From the NCBI RefSeq assembly GCF_000007005.1, contig NC_002754.1: 64,000 nucleotides of DNA; one strand, given 5' to 3'. The translations under genes were made by a program, and so were the position numbers. The notes under the pieces are model-generated. The model made no database searches and was not told where the DNA came from. It saw only the letters and a list, made by a program, of their open reading frames with translations. Positions 34,190 through 44,246 of this stretch are shown piece after piece. Position 1 is the stretch's first letter; each line of letters opens with the position of its first letter. The DNA is from Saccharolobus solfataricus P2 (GTDB lineage Archaea > Thermoproteota > Thermoprotei_A > Sulfolobales > Sulfolobaceae).

Positions 34190-34390
34190 ACGTAGAATTA
34201 GAATTACTGAAAAATAATGAGAAAAATGAATATAAAAAGATCTATGTTAACATGAAAAGGATTCAGCCCCTAAGTGGCTAAAACTCTATATGCTACGCTT
34301 CTAACAAACCTAATCTGAGGAATTTTCACTGTGAAATCATCTTTCTCTCTCCCTTAAAATACTTAAAAGCTTAAATTAGTTCTTATAATT

Positions 34391-34876
34391 ATGAGCCAAG
34401 AAGAGAGTGGACCATTCTTTGAGGATTTCAAAGTTGGTCAAAAATTCAAAAGCAAAGTTGGGAGAACAATAACAGATGTTGATAATATTTGGTTTACACT
34501 TTTAACAAATAATTCTAACCAAATTCACTTTAACAAGGACTACACAGAAAAGTATTTTCCGGGTGAACCTTTTAACGGTAGGCTAGTTGTGAATGGCTTC
34601 CTAACCCTCACAATTGTAGCTGGACTATTAGTTGAGCAGACAAGCCAAAATGGGTTTATGCTGGGAATAGAGAACGTTAAATTCCTCCACCCAGTATTTT
34701 CTGGTGACACAATTTACGCTGAGGCTGAGGTCATTAAGGTTAGGGAATCTAAGAGTAGACCAGGTTTCGGGATAGTCAAGATAAGATCGTATGGATATAA
34801 CCAAAAAGGAGAGAAACTCATAGAGTTTGATAGAGTATTTATGGTGAGGAAAAGAGGTGCAAAGTGGTCTAGCTAG
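34391..34876 (+). CDS. MaoC-family (hotdog) dehydratase
   Basis: FFEDF, GRTITDVDN, NQIHFN and PVFSGDTIYAE. Confidence 0.92.
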   Translation: MSQEESGPFFEDFKVGQKFKSKVGRTITDVDNIWFTLLTNNSNQIHFNKDYTEKYFPGEPFNGRLVVNGFLTLTIVAGLLVEQTSQNGFMLGIENVKFLHPVFSGDTIYAEAEVIKVRESKSRPGFGIVKIRSYGYNQKGEKLIEFDRVFMVRKRGAKWSS

Positions 34877-35369
34877 TGAAGGCTGTTTCGTTAGGGTAAA
34901 CTTGAGCAAACACTGTAACGTTATAACCACTAATTTGGAGGACAACAGGATAGTCCCATACGTATCCTGGTAATGAGAAATTGTAAATTAGGGGCTGTGG
35001 AAGGTTCCCATTAATAGGATTTGCTTGCCCATTAGCTATTATGAAAGGTATTACTTTAGAAGTAATATTATAAATCACACCACCCTTCATGTAATAAACA
35101 CCAGTTAACGTATAGTTAGCATTACCCTTCAGTACAATGAGAGTAGAATTAGCCCAAACTGAACTTGAAGAACTTTTTGGATAAGTAGAGTTGAAGAATA
35201 TTAGAATTCCACCACCATTTATCTGATTCTTTAGAACTTGAACATAGTCTAATTGTTTGGCTGAAGGTACAGAGTAATTACTAAGTATATAAAATAAGGG
35301 AATGACTATTAATACTATTATTATTATAGCGATTATAAAACCAATATATTCAGACTGAGCCTTTCTCAT
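34869..35369 (-). CDS. Type IV pilin-like protein (class III signal peptide)
   Basis: MRKA/QSEYIGFIIAIIIIVLIVIPLF fits the PibD cleavage motif; many sequons. Confidence 0.82.
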   Translation of the reverse strand: MRKAQSEYIGFIIAIIIIVLIVIPLFYILSNYSVPSAKQLDYVQVLKNQINGGGILIFFNSTYPKSSSSSVWANSTLIVLKGNANYTLTGVYYMKGGVIYNITSKVIPFIIANGQANPINGNLPQPLIYNFSLPGYVWDYPVVLQISGYNVTVFAQVYPNETAFTS

Positions 35370-35378
35370 GATTACTCA

Positions 35379-36776
35379 CTACGACAAGGATGTCCAATAT
35401 ATTATTATATCGTAGTAAACTTCTATATTCATTGGTTGATTTATTATGACATAAGAAGGAATATTTGGAAATATGTATTCAAAGTAAGTTCCATTAGAGT
35501 ACTGGAATGTTACTGTTTGTGCACCATAAGAATAGGGTATATTTACTATACCAGTGGGAGAAAAACTATAGTTTCCGCCTATTATCCAATAATATTTATT
35601 ATAATTGTATACTGTGTCATTTAAGATTAAATTTACACTTCCTGGTAACTTATAACCATAAATATAAATCTCGTAATAATTATAATTGTTATAATATTTT
35701 ATATAAACTACAGGAGTTTGCGAACTTGAGGGAGGTATAAATAGTATAAATGATCTTGCAGTATAGACATTTCCATTATAAGTAGAGTTTGAGTAAATAT
35801 AGTGCTTTATTATTCCTTGCTGTTGCTGAGTTGTATCATTAAACTGTAATGTATATAACGTAATGTTTACATAGCCTGCAGGAACTTGAACAGTATAACT
35901 TCTTGTAATAGTGTAGTTGCTTCCATCTATATTTACAGTAATTGGAACGTTAGGATCATTAGTACAAATTTTAAGGTTAACCGTGGTTGTTATCACACTA
36001 TAATTGGCTATTAGCACAAGGGGTTGACCTTGTAAGGTCACTTTAACTCCTTGAGTTGTTGTGGAATTAAGAGTACCTGAACCCAATTTTATCCAGTTAT
36101 AAAATACTCCAGTTACTATTTGACCCTTACTGTTTTGATAGTAAACGTATTGTGGGGCTTTCACAGTAAAAGTGCCAGTTTGATTAGGAAAAGCAACTGG
36201 AGTAGTATAATTCTTAAGTGACCCGTAAATATTAGATGTAATATTAGCTGAAACCGATAATGGACCGTTTTTAGTATAGATTTGTGCTAATATTTCAACT
36301 CCACCTTTACTTGCTGTAGCAAATGGTCCTATTGACGATCCAGGTTGTAGGAAGAATATGTTACCTAAAGAAGTTACTATAATTATAGGTTTACCAGAAG
36401 TATAGCTTGGCAAATTTATGAGCTGCCCTTGAGATACTACTAAAGGATACTTAATTGAGGTTACGTTTACCCATATTCCATTAGAGTTAAGATAGAGGAT
36501 AGAAACTATAGTCAAATTCGAAGGAGGTACAAAAGTACCATTTGAGTATATTAGGAAAATAGAACTACCATTATAATAAAGGGAAGGGTGACCAGTAGTT
36601 ACTTGAGATATTTGAAGGTTTTTTAGATAGACGTAATTGTTAACAACCGACTGAGTGACAGCATTATATTGTGATGAATATTCCAAGTAATATAACATGG
36701 GGACTAGAACCAACAATATTATAAATATTAAAATTATTACTGAAATCACATTCGATAATCCCTTATTCATTATCAT
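35379..36776 (-). CDS. Large pilin-like surface protein (class III signal peptide)
   Basis: (MI)MNKG/LSNVISVIILIFIILL; PIIIVTSLGNIFFLQP motif; Asn/Tyr/Thr-rich beta domains. ATG overlaps the upstream TAA at 36776; the ORF track starts at 36815. Confidence 0.82.
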   Translation of the reverse strand: MIMNKGLSNVISVIILIFIILLVLVPMLYYLEYSSQYNAVTQSVVNNYVYLKNLQISQVTTGHPSLYYNGSSIFLIYSNGTFVPPSNLTIVSILYLNSNGIWVNVTSIKYPLVVSQGQLINLPSYTSGKPIIIVTSLGNIFFLQPGSSIGPFATASKGGVEILAQIYTKNGPLSVSANITSNIYGSLKNYTTPVAFPNQTGTFTVKAPQYVYYQNSKGQIVTGVFYNWIKLGSGTLNSTTTQGVKVTLQGQPLVLIANYSVITTTVNLKICTNDPNVPITVNIDGSNYTITRSYTVQVPAGYVNITLYTLQFNDTTQQQQGIIKHYIYSNSTYNGNVYTARSFILFIPPSSSQTPVVYIKYYNNYNYYEIYIYGYKLPGSVNLILNDTVYNYNKYYWIIGGNYSFSPTGIVNIPYSYGAQTVTFQYSNGTYFEYIFPNIPSYVIINQPMNIEVYYDIIIYWTSLS

Positions 36777-38428
36777 TACCCCCCATCTTGGTAAGGTTCT
36801 CCATAGTATTCCCACTGCTGATAATTTATCAGTATTGTGGGTGAGTTAATATATATTATCCCATAGTTACCTTCATAAGGCTTAGGAGAATAGTTATAAG
36901 GAGTATATAGGTTGTATAATGTTAGGTTGTATAATGTTACGTTTGTTGGGTAAGAAAGAAGATAGCTCGCGTTAATTTGACCAAATTGAAACGTACCATT
37001 CATCTCATTTAAATAATCTAATGTGATCAATAAATTCGTACCAGCTTTAAAGTAGATTTTCTCTGGTATATAATTCTGAGGATTACCTAATACTATTTGC
37101 TGATCGGTTCCTATTTGAACTTGTAATAATTGTCTTGCTATGCTCCCATTAACTGGCGTATTGTTATATGTAGCCCATACCCCGTTCGGAAATTGAAAAT
37201 AATTCATCGCAATCACTAAATAGTATATCGAATTATTATTATAATTAGCTGTTATTTTTCCACTACCATTAACGAAAACTGTATAGGAGTTTATTACACT
37301 TATTTTACTAGTGTTTGTTGATAAACCTTGGAGTTGATAACAATTTATTTGACCACCTTGTATCGTCACTTCTCCATTATTCTGTTTGGATAAACCATTC
37401 TTAATTGGTACTGCATTATAAGCGCTTTGGTAGGCACTTGAGGTATAGTTAAATGTTATATTGTAATATGATGGGAATTGTATTATATGATAGCCATAAG
37501 TTAATTGTAATTTTATCCCATTAGAGCCTATATAGTATTGTTTACTATCTATTAACACTGGTATTGTTTTATTAAGTGAGGTTAAGGTAACTTGATTATT
37601 ATTCTGATTTATAGTGCTTCCTAGTGGTAAACCATTAGTATTTATTAATACATTAAATTTCTGTAACTGCGCCTTATATATCGCAGTCAAAACTAGGGGT
37701 CCGGTTACGGTAAAAGCGGTAGAAAGTTGAGAAGGCGAATTCAGATTCCCATATCCTACTAGGGTCCAGTTCTGGAATGTAGCGGTCAACCCATAACCTT
37801 GTAAGAATATGGTAGAACCGTTCTTGTCACTAATCGAATACGTACCAGGATTTAGATAATAGACTTGTGGAGTTAAGAGTGACGGGTTTGCCCCTAAAAT
37901 CACTTGGACGCTTACTGGAATTACTTTGCTTCCATTTATTACAAATGCGGTAACGTAAACCGGTATCTTACCCGAAGGTCCCGATATGGTAACTGTGGTA
38001 ACTGAAGTGTTTGGATTTAGGAAATAGAAGTTGGCTTGAGAAGACACTATTATGATAGGCTGGTTGAATGCAACACGTGGCAAATAAATGTTCTGGTTTC
38101 CAGCTACTACTATTGAATTTTTGAGAACTGGAACCCATATACTACCGTTGAAATAGTATATTTGTGTTATGTTAAGTGGATATGGTATTGAGTTATATAG
38201 AAATTCCAGATAAGGATGAATAGAGGAATTATAATATATGTTGGGATTTCCTCTAAATACTTGATTTTGCTCATTCTTCTGAAGTTGTTGATAACCAGTA
38301 CCGGCAATCTGCCCTTGACTTGAGTATATTGGAGTTGAGTTAAATATTAATAATGCTGGTATTAATACGGAGAGGAGAATTATGAGCGTTATTATTAAGA
38401 ATATTGCGGAAGATAATGCTTTCTTCAT
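36776..38428 (-). CDS. Large pilin-like surface protein (class III signal peptide)
   Basis: MKKA/LSSAIFLIITLIILL; PIIIVSSQANFYFLNP, paralogous to the previous gene. Confidence 0.82.
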   Translation of the reverse strand: MKKALSSAIFLIITLIILLSVLIPALLIFNSTPIYSSQGQIAGTGYQQLQKNEQNQVFRGNPNIYYNSSIHPYLEFLYNSIPYPLNITQIYYFNGSIWVPVLKNSIVVAGNQNIYLPRVAFNQPIIIVSSQANFYFLNPNTSVTTVTISGPSGKIPVYVTAFVINGSKVIPVSVQVILGANPSLLTPQVYYLNPGTYSISDKNGSTIFLQGYGLTATFQNWTLVGYGNLNSPSQLSTAFTVTGPLVLTAIYKAQLQKFNVLINTNGLPLGSTINQNNNQVTLTSLNKTIPVLIDSKQYYIGSNGIKLQLTYGYHIIQFPSYYNITFNYTSSAYQSAYNAVPIKNGLSKQNNGEVTIQGGQINCYQLQGLSTNTSKISVINSYTVFVNGSGKITANYNNNSIYYLVIAMNYFQFPNGVWATYNNTPVNGSIARQLLQVQIGTDQQIVLGNPQNYIPEKIYFKAGTNLLITLDYLNEMNGTFQFGQINASYLLSYPTNVTLYNLTLYNLYTPYNYSPKPYEGNYGIIYINSPTILINYQQWEYYGEPYQDGG

Positions 38429-38988
38429 GTTGAAGGCACCCCCGTGAAGGTATACCCTATTCTAAACCAATAACCATTTGAGTTATATAACACCCAGACA
38501 ATTAAAATATAATTACTCCCACCAACTCCATTTACCGTTATAGTAACTGGAGTATTAAAGGGCACTGTGTATGCTGTTATTTGAGAATCATAAATTATCC
38601 TACCATTTACATCGTATATTGGAATACTTATTGTAAAGCTTTTGGCTAATTTTTCGTTTGATAAATAAACTGAAAATTGTGGAGGTGACTGAGGTGTTAC
38701 TAATCCCACATCTTGCTGTAAATATGAAGGTTCTGGGAAGACTATTAAAGTAATGTTTCCAGATATTGCTGGATTATACGCTTCAATTACTGTACTAGCA
38801 CTACCTGAGTTAAATATTAATGGCCCTACTGACACAGTTGTTGAAGAGGATATGGAGCTAGCTTGCTGTTGAGCTAAACTGAATATCTCATGAGGTATGA
38901 AATATGAAGTTACGAAACCAAATAGTACTAATCCTATTAAAACTACTGCAATAATTATAATGAACTCTTCCGTAACCTCTGAAGGCAT
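38425..38988 (-). CDS. Membrane-anchored pilin-like protein without basic leader
   Basis: MPSEVTEEFIIIIAVVLIGLVLFGF; C-terminal ILIVWVLYNSNGYWFRIGYT is shared with the divergent gene. Confidence 0.75.
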   Translation of the reverse strand: MPSEVTEEFIIIIAVVLIGLVLFGFVTSYFIPHEIFSLAQQQASSISSSTTVSVGPLIFNSGSASTVIEAYNPAISGNITLIVFPEPSYLQQDVGLVTPQSPPQFSVYLSNEKLAKSFTISIPIYDVNGRIIYDSQITAYTVPFNTPVTITVNGVGGSNYILIVWVLYNSNGYWFRIGYTFTGVPST

Positions 38989-39013
38989 ATCTATTCTGTA
39001 TATTAAGAAAAAG

Positions 39014-39024
39014 TTATATATAAA
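39014..39024. promoter_or_regulatory. Bidirectional TATA box
   Basis: TTATATATAAA centred about 28-30 nt from both divergent ATGs (38988 and 39046) in a 57-bp gap. Confidence 0.65.
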
Positions 39025-39045
39025 TCCTCGCCTATTATTCTATAT

Positions 39046-40449
39046 ATGCCTAGTGCTGTCACGAATTTGCTGATAATAATCGCTACTGTTATAATCACAC
39101 TATCTGCTTTCGCAATATATTCAACATTCCTTTCAGTACAAGGTGTTACATTTTTGCAAGAGGAGAATGTGATAAGTATTTCAAAAACTGTTCAGGTAGT
39201 TGTTTCGCAAGTTTCGTTTAAGGGTCTACCACCTAGTTATAATTACTTTAATGTTAGTTACTTACTCTGGATTAACTCACCTACTAAATATGTTACTGTT
39301 ATACCTTTTGTTGCTTCACCCCGGTTAAACCCATTTTACACTCTTCCTAGCAATAGCCAAAATGCAAGCATATTCTTTTCTACCCCTAATGGTTATACTT
39401 CATTAAAATCTTTTGTTTTTAGTAATAATGTATATTTACCCCAACAAAGTCAATTAATTGCAAAAACTAATGGCGTTTATGCTTACAATTTGACCTCAAA
39501 TCGAAGTTATATCTTATCAGCTAAAGTTTCGAACAGCCAAATAATCGTACTATGGATCTTGTACTATTATCAAGGAAAGTGGTATAGACTAGATTACACA
39601 TACTTAAACCCATCAAATGCGGGAGTAGGGGTTTATGTATTATCTGGGAGTGGAAACTACGTTGGGAATTCTAAAAATACTAATTTTACACCTCCGCATC
39701 AAGTAGCAAACCAGAAGGGTTTGGGCTTTGGATTATGGTTTAAGCTTATCTCTAATGCGACTACCAAGACTTATCTTTTTAATGAAACTATTACACCTAC
39801 TGATAATAAAAATTTCTCAATTTTAGCTTGGGTTATTGGGAATAAGTTGTACGTTGGAATTTACAGTTCGTTAGGTAATACCGGAAATAAACTTAGCACA
39901 AACCAAACTTATCTGTTAACGCTCTCTCCTAACAATTGGTATTTTATTAACTTTAGTCTTGGAAGTATACTAGACTTCTCCAAAAGTCCTGGAAGTCAAC
40001 TATCGCCGTCCCAAAGCGTTAATTTTACAATTTATAATTTGAGTAGTCAAAAATGGCTTAACACTACTACATTAGGAGTTGGGGAATCTAATGGATATAT
40101 ATCAATAGTGAAGTTTGGCTCATCCTCAGCAACCATTACGATATCTCAAGCTTATTTTGTAACCTTGCAAAATAAGCCGAGTTTAACTAACTTCTATAAC
40201 GTTTCGAGTATAATGTTCAAAGATGGTCCGTTATATAACAATACTTATAATTACAATAGGACTATAGTGAGTTCTAATAATTTGTACGCAATAGGTTATT
40301 GGTATTTTATATATCCAAGTTATCCGCCTCCTTCCACAATCCCGGGAATACTATGGTACTGGCCTATAGGAAATGGCCAAAGTAACACTAAATATCCACA
40401 AATATACTACATACCGGAACAAGGTTACAATACGTATGTTTTAATATGA
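39046..40449 (+). CDS. Membrane-anchored pilin-like adhesin with LamG/concanavalin-like domain
   Basis: MPSAVTNLLIIIATVII; IIVLWILYYYQGKWYRLDYT paralogous to the neighbour; then GFGLWFKL..FSILAW..LSPNNWYFI, LamG-like. Confidence 0.72.
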   Translation: MPSAVTNLLIIIATVIITLSAFAIYSTFLSVQGVTFLQEENVISISKTVQVVVSQVSFKGLPPSYNYFNVSYLLWINSPTKYVTVIPFVASPRLNPFYTLPSNSQNASIFFSTPNGYTSLKSFVFSNNVYLPQQSQLIAKTNGVYAYNLTSNRSYILSAKVSNSQIIVLWILYYYQGKWYRLDYTYLNPSNAGVGVYVLSGSGNYVGNSKNTNFTPPHQVANQKGLGFGLWFKLISNATTKTYLFNETITPTDNKNFSILAWVIGNKLYVGIYSSLGNTGNKLSTNQTYLLTLSPNNWYFINFSLGSILDFSKSPGSQLSPSQSVNFTIYNLSSQKWLNTTTLGVGESNGYISIVKFGSSSATITISQAYFVTLQNKPSLTNFYNVSSIMFKDGPLYNNTYNYNRTIVSSNNLYAIGYWYFIYPSYPPPSTIPGILWYWPIGNGQSNTKYPQIYYIPEQGYNTYVLI

Positions 40450-40478
40450 TAAAAATTGCACTTTTTTTAAAAAAAAGT

Positions 40479-41825
40479 TTATTTTGATAATTCTTCAAGT
40501 TCAATCTTTGATGCCTTAGGTCCTAAAATTGCTACGTCTAGAGTTACTATAAGAGCCATAATGAATACTATAGTGTACATTGCAACTGGTCCATTACTAT
40601 ATAATACTATTGGTAAGAGGGTTAACCAAATGTAGTTTCCTAACCTACTTAAGGAGTATTGTACACCATCTGCAAAAGCCCTTACTCTCGTAGGGTATAA
40701 TTCTGCACCGTATTGATGGAAAGCGTTAGAGAATATGTTTGATAGGAAACCGAATGTGAAACCAGTTACTACTGCCTCCAGAGGAGAGGATGAAAATCCA
40801 AAGGCTAATCCCACCAATCCCATTAGTAACATTACAATACTTACTTGCCATTTTCTATCAAACTTTTGACTATCTATGATAAAGATTGATGCGAGAGAAC
40901 TTATAAAATATGAAGTATAGATTATCATCGTGTACTGTAGAGTATGCACCAATGTGAAACCTTTCGCAAATAGCACTGAAGGAGCTAGAGACGCAAATCC
41001 ATAATATACACCAGCTTGTAAGAATTCAAATATCCAAAGCATTACCGTCCTCTTTCTATACAATGGCGAGAATAGTTCAGATATTTTAACCCTTTGTGAA
41101 GTTATAACTTGAACCTGTATTGGTTCTCCTAATTGTCCCTTCTCCTTAATTGCGATCTCCTCCATTTTTCTAACTGTTTTTTCAGCCTCATCCAATCTTC
41201 CCTTACTTTCTAACCATCTAGGAGATTCTGGTATTAGGAACCTAAATGGTATTATTGTCAGTATCCCTAACCCTCCTATTATGAATAACCATTGCCATCC
41301 GTACAGAAAATACTTGTGAGGCAGAAGAAAATAAGCTAGAACTGCAACAACGATAGGGGCAGTCCACGCTATGGTATAGCCAATTGCTAACGCCTTACCT
41401 CTAACGTTAGATGGGAAGAACTCCGTTACTAAAACATCCAAAACTAATATTGCTTCTGGTCCAACACCTACTCCAGCAAGGAATCTTAATATCCCCAAAG
41501 TTAGAATATTGGGAGAGAAGGGAATGAGCAACAGAGCGATAGAGGTTATTGTCATATTAATTATTAGTGCTGTCCTTCTACCTACTGAATCTCCTATATA
41601 ATTGAAAATTATTGCACCTACGAATGCTCCTAGAAAGAAGATTGCAACTGTATAGTAGATTCCAGTTGCTGATGAGACTTTGTAGAATGAGGCTATCTGT
41701 GATGCGACAAATCCTCCAGTAAATAGATCGTATAGTTCAAAGAATTCTCCCAGGGTTAGGATAGCTAATAATCTAGTATGAAAGGATGTCCAAGGTAGTC
41801 TTTCTATTCTTCCAGCTATACTCAT
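40479..41825 (-). CDS. MFS transporter (aromatic acid/sugar porter-like)
   Basis: IERLPWTSFH, FELYD, GDSVGRR, IPESPRWL and ELYPTRVR. Confidence 0.92.
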   Translation of the reverse strand: MSIAGRIERLPWTSFHTRLLAILTLGEFFELYDLFTGGFVASQIASFYKVSSATGIYYTVAIFFLGAFVGAIIFNYIGDSVGRRTALIINMTITSIALLLIPFSPNILTLGILRFLAGVGVGPEAILVLDVLVTEFFPSNVRGKALAIGYTIAWTAPIVVAVLAYFLLPHKYFLYGWQWLFIIGGLGILTIIPFRFLIPESPRWLESKGRLDEAEKTVRKMEEIAIKEKGQLGEPIQVQVITSQRVKISELFSPLYRKRTVMLWIFEFLQAGVYYGFASLAPSVLFAKGFTLVHTLQYTMIIYTSYFISSLASIFIIDSQKFDRKWQVSIVMLLMGLVGLAFGFSSSPLEAVVTGFTFGFLSNIFSNAFHQYGAELYPTRVRAFADGVQYSLSRLGNYIWLTLLPIVLYSNGPVAMYTIVFIMALIVTLDVAILGPKASKIELEELSK

Positions 41826-41926
41826 ATGTATTAGTAAGGTAAATAAACTAATAAATTTTCTAAAGGAGAGATGTTCGAAATCTGCTTGAGATAGTCTTAT
41901 TTATCCTTAATTTTCTAACGTAAGAT

Positions 41927-43045
41927 ATGGATAAAATTAGGGTTATCGAACTAGGGAGTAACATTTCCGCACCTTTAGTTGGTACCATATTGGCTGACTT
42001 AGGAGCTGAAGTAATTAAGGTTGAACCACCACCTTACGGTGATGATAGGAGGAGAGTTAAGCCTGAAATAAACGGAATTAGTGTATATTTTGCGAGTACG
42101 AACAGAGGTAAGAAGAGTGTGGTAATTAACTTGAAGAGTGATGAGGGTTATGAGATCTTCCAAAGGCTAGTTAAAACTGCAGATGTTATAGTTACTAACT
42201 ATAGGCCTTCCGCATTAAAGAGGCTTAAGGTTGACTACGAGAGTGTCAAGAGGATTAATCCTAAAATAATTTATTGTTCAATAACCGGTTTCGGTAATTT
42301 AACTGAAGAGGCTGATAGACCAGCTTACGATCCTATCATACTGGCGTTAAGTGGTTTAATGGACATGACTGGTGAGGAAAATCCGGTGAAGTTTGCCACT
42401 TCAATTTCAGATATTACCACTGGGTTACTTGCAACTGTGATGATACTATGGGCTTTAAATAAAGGAGGGCCAACATTTATTGACGTCCCAATGATATATA
42501 CTCAATTTTATTTAACCTTAGAGGACGCTTATATGTATTTAAATACTGGGAAAGTTCCTAAAAGGATGGGTTCTGCACATAGATACCTAGTACCTTATCA
42601 AGCGTTTAAGGTTGTTGATGGTTATATATACGTTGCAGTATTCAATGATGAGCAATATCTAAAGCTTTGTAAGGCGTTAAATAGGGAGGACTTATGTAAA
42701 TTTGACACGTTACAGAAGAGGGTTGAAAATAGGGATTATTTAATAAAAGAATTGGGGAAAATTTTTGAGAAGAATACTAGAGATTATTGGGTAGATTTAT
42801 TAAGTAAGGCTGATGTACCAGTTGCCCCAGTATTAAGCCTAGAACAAGCGTTTAAAAAGTATGGTAATAGGTTGGTTTATGAGATTGAGGGCGTTAAGTA
42901 TATTGATTTCCCCATAAACATAACGTCAAATAAGAGTAAAGCACCTAGACTTGGCGAGAATACTAAAGAGGTTTTACTTGAGTTAGGGTATTCGGAAGGG
43001 GAGATAAATAGACTTGCTGAAAAGGGGATAATAATGCTAATATGA
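41927..43045 (+). CDS. Family III CoA-transferase (CaiB/BaiF)
   Basis: LADLGAEVIKVEPP, NRGKKS, NYRP, PAYDP and MGSAH..VPY. Confidence 0.95.
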   Translation: MDKIRVIELGSNISAPLVGTILADLGAEVIKVEPPPYGDDRRRVKPEINGISVYFASTNRGKKSVVINLKSDEGYEIFQRLVKTADVIVTNYRPSALKRLKVDYESVKRINPKIIYCSITGFGNLTEEADRPAYDPIILALSGLMDMTGEENPVKFATSISDITTGLLATVMILWALNKGGPTFIDVPMIYTQFYLTLEDAYMYLNTGKVPKRMGSAHRYLVPYQAFKVVDGYIYVAVFNDEQYLKLCKALNREDLCKFDTLQKRVENRDYLIKELGKIFEKNTRDYWVDLLSKADVPVAPVLSLEQAFKKYGNRLVYEIEGVKYIDFPINITSNKSKAPRLGENTKEVLLELGYSEGEINRLAEKGIIMLI

Positions 43046-44206
43046 TTTAGGAAGGCCCAGTATATGATGAGCAATGTAAGCTAGGATTAAGTTTTGCGAT
43101 ATTGGGGCTACCTTATATAATCTGGTCTCTCTAAGTTTTCTCTCTATTCCAGTTTCCACAGCATACCCATAACCTCCGTAAACGTCCATTGCGACATTTC
43201 CAGCTTCCCAAGCTATCTCAGTAGCTAAGTATTTGGATATATTCGCGTAACTTCCAACAGTTTTTGTATCTTTCCCCTTTTCTATTACTCTTAAACCTTC
43301 ATTAAAATAAGATGAGAGGGATACCAACTTAGCATATACCTCAGCTATTGGAAACTGAACACCTTGAAAACTACCTATTTGTTTGTCGAAGACGACTCTG
43401 TTCTTTGCGTATTCAACTGCTTTGTTTATGAACCACTCCGCATTGCCGATCATTTCAGCTGCTATCATAAACCTTTCCGCATTTAATAGGTCAAGTAAAT
43501 AGTAGAAACCCTTTCCGACCTCTCCTATAACGTTATCCTCTGGCACTTTGAGACCATCTATAAACACTTCATAAGCATTAGTATTTGACATGGTCTTTAT
43601 TTCCCTCATCTCAATTCCATCCCTTCCCTCTCTTAGATCAACTAAAAACAAGGTTATCCCATCTGTCTTCTTTTCAACTTTTTCATAGGGTGTCGTTCTT
43701 GCTACTAATATCATAAAGTCAGTGTACTTTAACCTAGAAATGAATATCTTGTGACCCTTTATGAAGAAACTATTCCCAACTTTTTCAGCAACTGTCTTAA
43801 TTTTCGTCGTATCCGACCCAACTTGTGGCTCAGTTAAAGCTAATGATAGTACTTTAGCACCATTTGCAAGATCCTTGAAGTACTTTTCTATTATCCTCTT
43901 ACCGCTATGTTTTGATAGTAAGGCAGTGTTATAATAATGTCCGTGTACGAAATATGAATTACCACCTCTTAGATTTATATTATAGAGGATTAAGGAAGCT
44001 AGTCTGACTCCTTTCCCCACTCCACCATATTCTACTGGTATCAGAATTGATCCCAATCCTAACTTCATAAAGTCATTGAGGAAGTCTATAGGGAATTCCC
44101 TCTTTTGATCCTTATCCAACCAATACCTTTCGTTGTATTTGTCCATTAATTGGTCAACTGTTGAGAGGATCAATTTCTCTTCTTCATCTTTTGGTTGCAA
44201 TAACAT
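43037..44206 (-). CDS. Acyl-CoA dehydrogenase
   Basis: ALTEPQVGSD, GHKIFIS, LNAERF, RVVFDKQIGSFQGVQF and YGGYGY. Confidence 0.95.
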   Translation of the reverse strand: MLLQPKDEEEKLILSTVDQLMDKYNERYWLDKDQKREFPIDFLNDFMKLGLGSILIPVEYGGVGKGVRLASLILYNINLRGGNSYFVHGHYYNTALLSKHSGKRIIEKYFKDLANGAKVLSLALTEPQVGSDTTKIKTVAEKVGNSFFIKGHKIFISRLKYTDFMILVARTTPYEKVEKKTDGITLFLVDLREGRDGIEMREIKTMSNTNAYEVFIDGLKVPEDNVIGEVGKGFYYLLDLLNAERFMIAAEMIGNAEWFINKAVEYAKNRVVFDKQIGSFQGVQFPIAEVYAKLVSLSSYFNEGLRVIEKGKDTKTVGSYANISKYLATEIAWEAGNVAMDVYGGYGYAVETGIERKLRETRLYKVAPISQNLILAYIAHHILGLPKSY

Positions 44207-44246
44207 ACAAATAAAAGGTAATTAACTTGTTTATATAGATTTTCCG

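Larger units (their letters stand above)
32517..34271. mobile_element. Degenerate small element (about 311 bp after removing the nested IS) bounded by a 12-bp inverted repeat
   Basis: AGGGGCTGAATC at 32517-32528 and GATTCAGCCCCT at 34260-34271; GC-richer interior; no TSD seen. Confidence 0.35.
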
